Shown here one piece after another: positions 6,400-11,032 of a DNA stretch of 11,032 nt. The position numbers and the translations under genes are program-made. The notes under the pieces are model-generated. The model did not search any database. It was not told the DNA's origin and was given only the letters and a program-made list of their open reading frames with translations. Every line of letters begins with the position of its first letter. Positions within the stretch are counted from its first letter, which is position 1. The stretch is from Bdellovibrionota bacterium FG-2 (GTDB taxonomy: Bacteria; Bdellovibrionota; UBA1018), in assembly GCA_051382305.1 (NCBI GenBank), contig JBBCAV010000049.1:1-11032 (forward strand), written 5' to 3'.

Positions 6400-9300
6400 G
6401 ACGCCCCCCTCTTCGACAGAATCATCCAACCTTCAGCCCTCGCCTCGGAGGCAATCAGCGCCAAAGCTCGGAGCACTTGCTGAGTGTCTTCGTCAAAGCC
6501 GCCATTTGAATTGGCGTGAGTTGCCAATGAAAAAAGCCACGCCGTGTTGTTATCTTTCAAGGCCAACGCCCAAAGGCTTACAAGTCGCTTTTGTTCTGCC
6601 GTCTTGAAGGTTCCAGGAGCCACCCAGGCTTCTGGAGAAAGTGTCTCGGAGGTAAGAGAGAAGTCCGAAAAGGCTGCAAACTCCGCCTGCCTTTTTTTGA
6701 GTTCTACTAATATCTGCAGGCGCTTGGCCTCAAGCGGAATCAGGATTCTTTTCTGCCCTTCACTCCCAAGACCGTGCCTCAATGCCTCTGTTAAATCTTG
6801 ATACCCTAGGGCAAGCTGCTCCAAGGCGCTCATTTTTATTCCTTCCCAAGGCAGCTTAAGCACTGAGGTGACAGCCGCCTCCCATTCAGTCATAATCAAC
6901 ATCCGACGCTCCAAAGACGCTTCGTCAAAATGGACCCTGGCAATGGCATGCATCTGCTGGCGGGTTTCTCCCAAGACTCTGGGAATCAGCCGATGAAGCT
7001 CACCTGCAAGCGCTAGCTGAACCTCCTGGGGAATGCCGCTCCACTGTTCAGACAGGCGCTTAAGAGCCACCAGCGCATCTTGAAACGGAAGATGCTTGGC
7101 GTTCTTCAATGCTGAAAGAGCCCAAAGGGATTTAAAATGAGCCGATCCCTTATAGGCTTTGCGGAAACAAGCCAATGCGTCTTCTTTACGATGATTTGCA
7201 CCGTATTGAATCGTTCGGAGCGCCGAATAGAGTTCAAAGTCCTCGCCCAATTCCGCTCTAAAACGCTGCAGCACTTGGCCCATCAGATCACTGTTTCCTG
7301 AAAGCCAAGCGAGCCTAATCGCCCTTTTTGAAAGTTCGGAACGCATCGAGCTCGACTTCTTAAGCACCGCTAGAAGCCCCTCAACGGCATGGGCAAAATC
7401 CCCCTCCTCTTCGTTCATGGCGGCTTTTAAGAGTAAGGCGCTTGATATTTGAACCTCACTCGAGAAAGTTGAATCCAAAACACTTTTTACCTGATGGCGT
7501 GCATGCTCAAAGTCCGAAAGCAGATAGGCAGCGCGCGCCTCCAACAAGAGGCAGTCCACCACTTTCGGACTCTGAGAAAATGTTTCGCTGCACTTACGGG
7601 CCTCCTCTTGGGCAAGATCCAATTCGGCCTTACTTGCCGATGCCTTAACCCTGCTTTCGATCAACATAATTGAGGCCGAAGCCCCAGCTGCGAGCGCCCG
7701 CTTTCTAAATTCTATAGGCCATGAAAATGAGGGCGCCATGGAACGAGTCAAACTCACCACCTCGGCCCACAGTTCTGACTCCACCAGCGTGTCAAGTACC
7801 AAGCCCATGGCAGCTGAAGCATAGGGGGAAGTCGGATTATCACTTGCAAAGCGCTTCATTCGCTCCATCGCAGGTTCCACTTGCCCGGAAGAATACAATG
7901 CCCGAGCAAGTTCAAATTCAAAATTTTCAAACCCCACGGAGCGGGAGGTGAATCGTTTTTGATGGTCATCAACCCACACGCCCCACTCAAGCAACAGAGT
8001 TTCCTTTATTGCGGCGCTACTTGCAGGCTTCCGCATGGCCTGCAGTTTTTCTGGAATCAGACCGCGCACTTTGAGCTCCTGAAATCGACTGGAAATGAGA
8101 AGCAGACTCACCCTTTCAAGGAATTCTTGTGACACTGCTTTTTGACCGAGTGTCTCCTCAAAAACGAGGCGATACTCGCGGGTGGCCTGCGACATTTCGC
8201 CATTGAGAAAATAGGCTTGGGCTAAATTATATCGTGTCAATACTCTTTTGGGATCGGCGGCGGCTTGCAAAGCCATCAGCGACGTATAAACCTCGATCAG
8301 CCCCCGCGCTAACGGCTGAAATTCTGCTGAATTTTTCATCTCTTTGTTTCGAACCACAAGTGCATGAAGCTGCACTGCATGCTTGCTGAGGACCGCAAAA
8401 GCCAGGCCTTTTTGCTCCGAATCCGTTTCAAGGGCAAGGGAGACGACGGTTTTCAAATCCTGCTCTACATCCACAAACTTGCGCTGCGAAAGATGTAGAT
8501 CTAAGACAAACAAGCAGACTTCCATCATAGAGGGAAGTTTCGAACGGAGGTGGACCATCACATCTCTAAACTGCGCTAACTCCACCAAATGCCCATGAGC
8601 ACCCAAAAGCTTGGCAAAACTCAAGATTAACTTTCCGGCCCGGGGGCCCGGTTGGAGCTCGATAAAATGCTCACAAATCGCCTGAGCATCAAACGGGATA
8701 ACCTTGCGCTCAAAAGCATCAAGATAGAACAAAGCATAATCACTTAATGAATTATCCATAAAGCCTGAACTAGACCCATCTTGGACTTTAGCAACCTCGG
8801 CCTGATACACACGAATATTTTGTGCAAGAACGGAGAGCGCTTGAATGGACTGCCCCAAGTTATAATGCGACCATGCGAGCTTGTGTAACGCCAAAGCCAA
8901 ATAGGGACTTTCTTTTCTTGAAACAACCGACTGAAGCTGTACAACCGCGGGCAAATGACGATTTGCCGTAATTTCAATTTCTGCAATCGCCATCGAACAA
9001 GCATCGCGGTATTGGGAAAGTGGAAACAGCGAGAGAAGTCGCAGGTAGTCTGCCTTCGCGGACTCCGGCACGCCCAACTCTGAAAAACTACGCGCTCGCA
9101 AAAAGAGAGTTCGCTCCGTGTCCTCATCCTTCGGAAAACGTGCAAACAACTCTCCCAAAACTTTTATTCCCCGTCTTAAAGTAGCATCATAAACGCTTTG
9201 ATTCTTCCCATACGAAATCCTAAACAGGAGTTCCGCCTTTTCTAAGTAGAGGTCTGCCAGTCTCGCCAAGTCATGAGGCTCCTCGGAGAATCCTTTCCTT

Positions 9301-9464
9301 TTTCGGATTTGGGCCGAGAAAATCTCAATTGCCTTATCTTGAGACTGGAGCGCAACTCGATCCACATATCGAGCGCGCAACTCGTCTGGTTCAGCGGCAA
9401 GAAGTTCCGCGCTACCCAGGACAAGAAGGAGCGTTAAGAATGGAATAACTTGAATATTCTCCAC
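6396..9464 (-). CDS. gltD: Large exported TPR protein, GltD/AgmU-like (1022 aa)
   Basis: GTG 9464 with AGGAG 7 nt upstream; signal peptide MENIQVIPFLTLLLVLGSAELLA. Many TPR-like units (LARLADLYLEKA, ALHKLAWSHYNLG, RYNLAQAYFLNGEMSQATREY, FELARALYSSG). C-terminal block EW..AV..V....W....SAL..LA..YQDL..AL...PLEAK resembles GltD. The TPR call is secure; orthology is inferred from size and context. Confidence 0.78.
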   Translation of the reverse strand: MENIQVIPFLTLLLVLGSAELLAAEPDELRARYVDRVALQSQDKAIEIFSAQIRKRKGFSEEPHDLARLADLYLEKAELLFRISYGKNQSVYDATLRRGIKVLGELFARFPKDEDTERTLFLRARSFSELGVPESAKADYLRLLSLFPLSQYRDACSMAIAEIEITANRHLPAVVQLQSVVSRKESPYLALALHKLAWSHYNLGQSIQALSVLAQNIRVYQAEVAKVQDGSSSGFMDNSLSDYALFYLDAFERKVIPFDAQAICEHFIELQPGPRAGKLILSFAKLLGAHGHLVELAQFRDVMVHLRSKLPSMMEVCLFVLDLHLSQRKFVDVEQDLKTVVSLALETDSEQKGLAFAVLSKHAVQLHALVVRNKEMKNSAEFQPLARGLIEVYTSLMALQAAADPKRVLTRYNLAQAYFLNGEMSQATREYRLVFEETLGQKAVSQEFLERVSLLLISSRFQELKVRGLIPEKLQAMRKPASSAAIKETLLLEWGVWVDDHQKRFTSRSVGFENFEFELARALYSSGQVEPAMERMKRFASDNPTSPYASAAMGLVLDTLVESELWAEVVSLTRSMAPSFSWPIEFRKRALAAGASASIMLIESRVKASASKAELDLAQEEARKCSETFSQSPKVVDCLLLEARAAYLLSDFEHARHQVKSVLDSTFSSEVQISSALLLKAAMNEEEGDFAHAVEGLLAVLKKSSSMRSELSKRAIRLAWLSGNSDLMGQVLQRFRAELGEDFELYSALRTIQYGANHRKEDALACFRKAYKGSAHFKSLWALSALKNAKHLPFQDALVALKRLSEQWSGIPQEVQLALAGELHRLIPRVLGETRQQMHAIARVHFDEASLERRMLIMTEWEAAVTSVLKLPWEGIKMSALEQLALGYQDLTEALRHGLGSEGQKRILIPLEAKRLQILVELKKRQAEFAAFSDFSLTSETLSPEAWVAPGTFKTAEQKRLVSLWALALKDNNTAWLFSLATHANSNGGFDEDTQQVLRALALIASEARAEGWMILSKRGAS

Positions 9465-9468
9465 AGCG

Positions 9469-9894
9469 TTACTCCTTTAAAACAGCCAGTTTTAGATCTG
9501 AAAACCCTTGCTCCGCCGCAACCTTCATCACCGCCCGAAGCGTTCCGTAAGGCACACGTTTGTCAGAGATCAAGAGAAGCCTACCGTTGTTTTCAACCTC
9601 GGCATTTGATTCCGCGATGATCTGGCGTCTCGTCCGCTCCTTTTTGAGCGCAGAAGCAAGCGATGATGCGTCAGGGGCGAGCCGAAACTGTTTCAATGGC
9701 GTTACGGCGACGCCGCCTACTTGAATGAAACTTTGTGAAATTTCGACCTGCAGCACTATCGCGCCTGAAGCGTATCCCTTAAGCAAAAACACGAGCAAAA
9801 TTGTAAAAACATCGGCCATCGAGGTGATTTGCAGACTCATTTCACTACTCTGCAAGTTTCCGGACCGAAGTTTTGGTTTTAGAGCAGAGACCAT
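9469..9894 (-). CDS. aglS: ExbD/TolR-family biopolymer transporter subunit, AglS-like (141 aa)
   Basis: ATG 9894 lies 1 nt after the upstream TAA, with GGAG 9 nt upstream. TM motif LQITSMADVFTILLVFLLKGY carries the conserved Asp (codon 9811-9813). C-terminal fold motif LLLISDKRVPYGTLRAVMKVAAEQGFSDLKLAV. Confidence 0.85.
   Translation of the reverse strand: MVSALKPKLRSGNLQSSEMSLQITSMADVFTILLVFLLKGYASGAIVLQVEISQSFIQVGGVAVTPLKQFRLAPDASSLASALKKERTRRQIIAESNAEVENNGRLLLISDKRVPYGTLRAVMKVAAEQGFSDLKLAVLKE
9472..9476 (-). promoter_or_regulatory. Shine-Dalgarno AGGAG for the large TPR gene
   Basis: ctcct on the plus strand, 7 nt upstream of GTG 9464. Confidence 0.8.
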
Positions 9895-9895
9895 A

Positions 9896-10360
9896 TTAGA
9901 TTTCTCCAAAGGAAATATCCGGAAAAGACTTTCGGATCTGTTCCATAGACATCACCAACGTTTGATAGGTTACCTCATCCTCAGCTGATAGGACGGCCCG
10001 CGCGACATCAGGAAAACTGGTTTTGAGTTGCCGCAACTCCTCTGTCAAACCTCCAAAATCGTAATCGCCTCCTTGCGCCTTAAGTGCGCGCTTCTTCTTC
10101 AATTTGCCGCTCACATCGACGATAATGGAGTGCGAATTTTCTAGGACGATCACGACCTCTATCGAAGGCAATACTGCCTCATTCTGAGCGGACGCGGCCG
10201 CCTCAGGTGCCTCCGAACTGGCATCAAATACGCCGATAGAGAGGAACGAGGCAGAAGCCAGTAAAAAAGTAATCAGCACCGTGAAGCAGTCAATAATCGA
10301 GGTAATGTTCAGTTCAACCTCTTGGGAGTGATGAGAGGATTGCCCAAAGTTTGAACTCAT
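9896..10360 (-). CDS. aglQ: ExbD/TolR-family biopolymer transporter subunit, AglQ-like (154 aa)
   Basis: ATGA overlap with the channel gene. TM motif ELNITSIIDCFTVLITFLL with conserved Asp24. C-terminal LK..FPD...AVLSAEDEVTYQTLV.SME.IR..FPDISF. Confidence 0.88.
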   Translation of the reverse strand: MSSNFGQSSHHSQEVELNITSIIDCFTVLITFLLASASFLSIGVFDASSEAPEAAASAQNEAVLPSIEVVIVLENSHSIIVDVSGKLKKKRALKAQGGDYDFGGLTEELRQLKTSFPDVARAVLSAEDEVTYQTLVMSMEQIRKSFPDISFGEI

Positions 10361-11010
10361 GAGGCCTTCTCCTCGGACTGTGCCGTCGTTTCACTGCGCC
10401 TAATAGCATCGATCATCTGAAGCGCCGCTGTCTCGAGCTGTTTAATCAAATAGTTTGAGCGGTTGACCAAAAAGCTGAAGCCCACCATACAAGGAATCGC
10501 TACGGCCAGCCCCAGGAGGGTTGCATTCATCGCCGTTGAAATTCCATTGGCTAGAAGCGCTGCTTTCTGTTGGGCATCAGCATGCGCCACGGCCTCAAAC
10601 GAGGTAATTAAGCCAGCAATCGTCCCAAGAAGCCCTAACAGCGTCGAGACGTTTGCGAGCGTCGCAAGATAGGAGGTCCGTTTTTGTATTCGCTGGGACA
10701 TTTCCCCAAGGAGGATTTCCATTTTTCCCAGCACAAATTCTTCAGGTTCATGCGCTCTCAAGAGCGCTCCCTTGACAAGTTCCACGAGCGGAACACTCGG
10801 GGCTTCGCTGCAAAGCGCGACAGCCTCAGTGAGTTTACCTTGGATTGTAAAATTCGTAATTTGCTCGAGAAACTGCGCGGGATTCTTGAGAGCGTAGGTT
10901 CCAAAAAGAGTCTTGTAACGCTCAAGCATGATGGCGGCCGCCAAACAACCCGCAATCAAAATTGGAAGAACATGGAGGAAATTGTTTCGGACAAATTCAA
11001 ATGACATCAT
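10357..11010 (-). CDS. aglR: MotA/TolQ/ExbB proton-channel family protein, AglR-like (217 aa)
   Basis: AGGA 6 nt before ATG 11010. Three hydrophobic segments. Signature LANVSTLLGLLGTIAGLI.SF..VA.AD..QKA.LLANGIS.AMNAT..GL.VAIP, with both channel threonines (T130, T164) present. Confidence 0.93.
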   Translation of the reverse strand: MMSFEFVRNNFLHVLPILIAGCLAAAIMLERYKTLFGTYALKNPAQFLEQITNFTIQGKLTEAVALCSEAPSVPLVELVKGALLRAHEPEEFVLGKMEILLGEMSQRIQKRTSYLATLANVSTLLGLLGTIAGLITSFEAVAHADAQQKAALLANGISTAMNATLLGLAVAIPCMVGFSFLVNRSNYLIKQLETAALQMIDAIRRSETTAQSEEKAS

Positions 11011-11032
11011 AATGAATCCTATCTACTTTCGG

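Noticed and set aside
6400-6429. Longer start for the GltF-like ORF
   Set aside because: It adds an acidic leader before the signal peptide; GTG 6399 has an SD and a GTGA overlap.
9895-9909. TTG start at 9909 for the AglS-like gene
   Set aside because: The extension contains the GGAG SD serving ATG 9894.
575-11004. Many short plus-strand ORFs and alternate-frame minus-strand ORFs (60-133 aa)
   Set aside because: All lie within well-supported genes, show no recognisable motifs, and look like shadow ORFs.
9469-11010. Flagellar MotAB stator, Tol-Pal, or TonB-ExbBD nutrient uptake locus
   Set aside because: No OmpA-type peptidoglycan-binding MotB domain, no TolB or Pal, and no large TonB-dependent receptor. 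Two ExbD paralogs plus GltC/D/F/G-like genes fit Agl-Glt better.
11011-11032. Promoter for the operon
   Set aside because: Only 22 nt are visible upstream, showing just an SD-like AGGA; the operon may extend beyond the window.
1-11032. CRISPR array, tRNA/rRNA, IS or prophage genes, anti-phage defence system
   Set aside because: No spaced direct repeats, no non-coding space, and no transposase, integrase, nuclease or NTPase motifs were seen by eye.

Overview
Almost the whole window (144-11010, minus strand) is one tightly coupled 11-gene cluster. It resembles a compact Agl-Glt (adventurous gliding/Nfs-type) envelope motor of the kind known from Myxococcota and Bdellovibrionota. Gene order: AglR-like MotA/TolQ/ExbB channel, two ExbD/TolR-family subunits (AglQ-like, AglS-like), a 1022-aa exported TPR protein (GltD/AgmU-like), a small GltF-like protein, a GltG-like membrane protein with an AgmX/PglI (TonB-C-like) domain, a GltC-like TPR protein, a GYF_2-like plus degenerate PilZ-like protein, a GltA/B/H-like outer-membrane barrel, a second PilZ-like protein and an atypical receiver-TPR protein. 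Adjacent genes overlap or are separated by at most 8 nt. At the left edge, the 3' end of a convergent gene resembling a degenerate class III nucleotide cyclase overlaps the last gene by 146 bp. The most notable points are the signalling genes embedded in the motor operon, two PilZ-like proteins each retaining a different half of the c-di-GMP motif, no separate GltE gene, and apparently shortened periplasmic linkers. No RNA genes, CRISPR arrays or mobile elements were seen. All family calls come from recognising motifs by eye, not from database searches.
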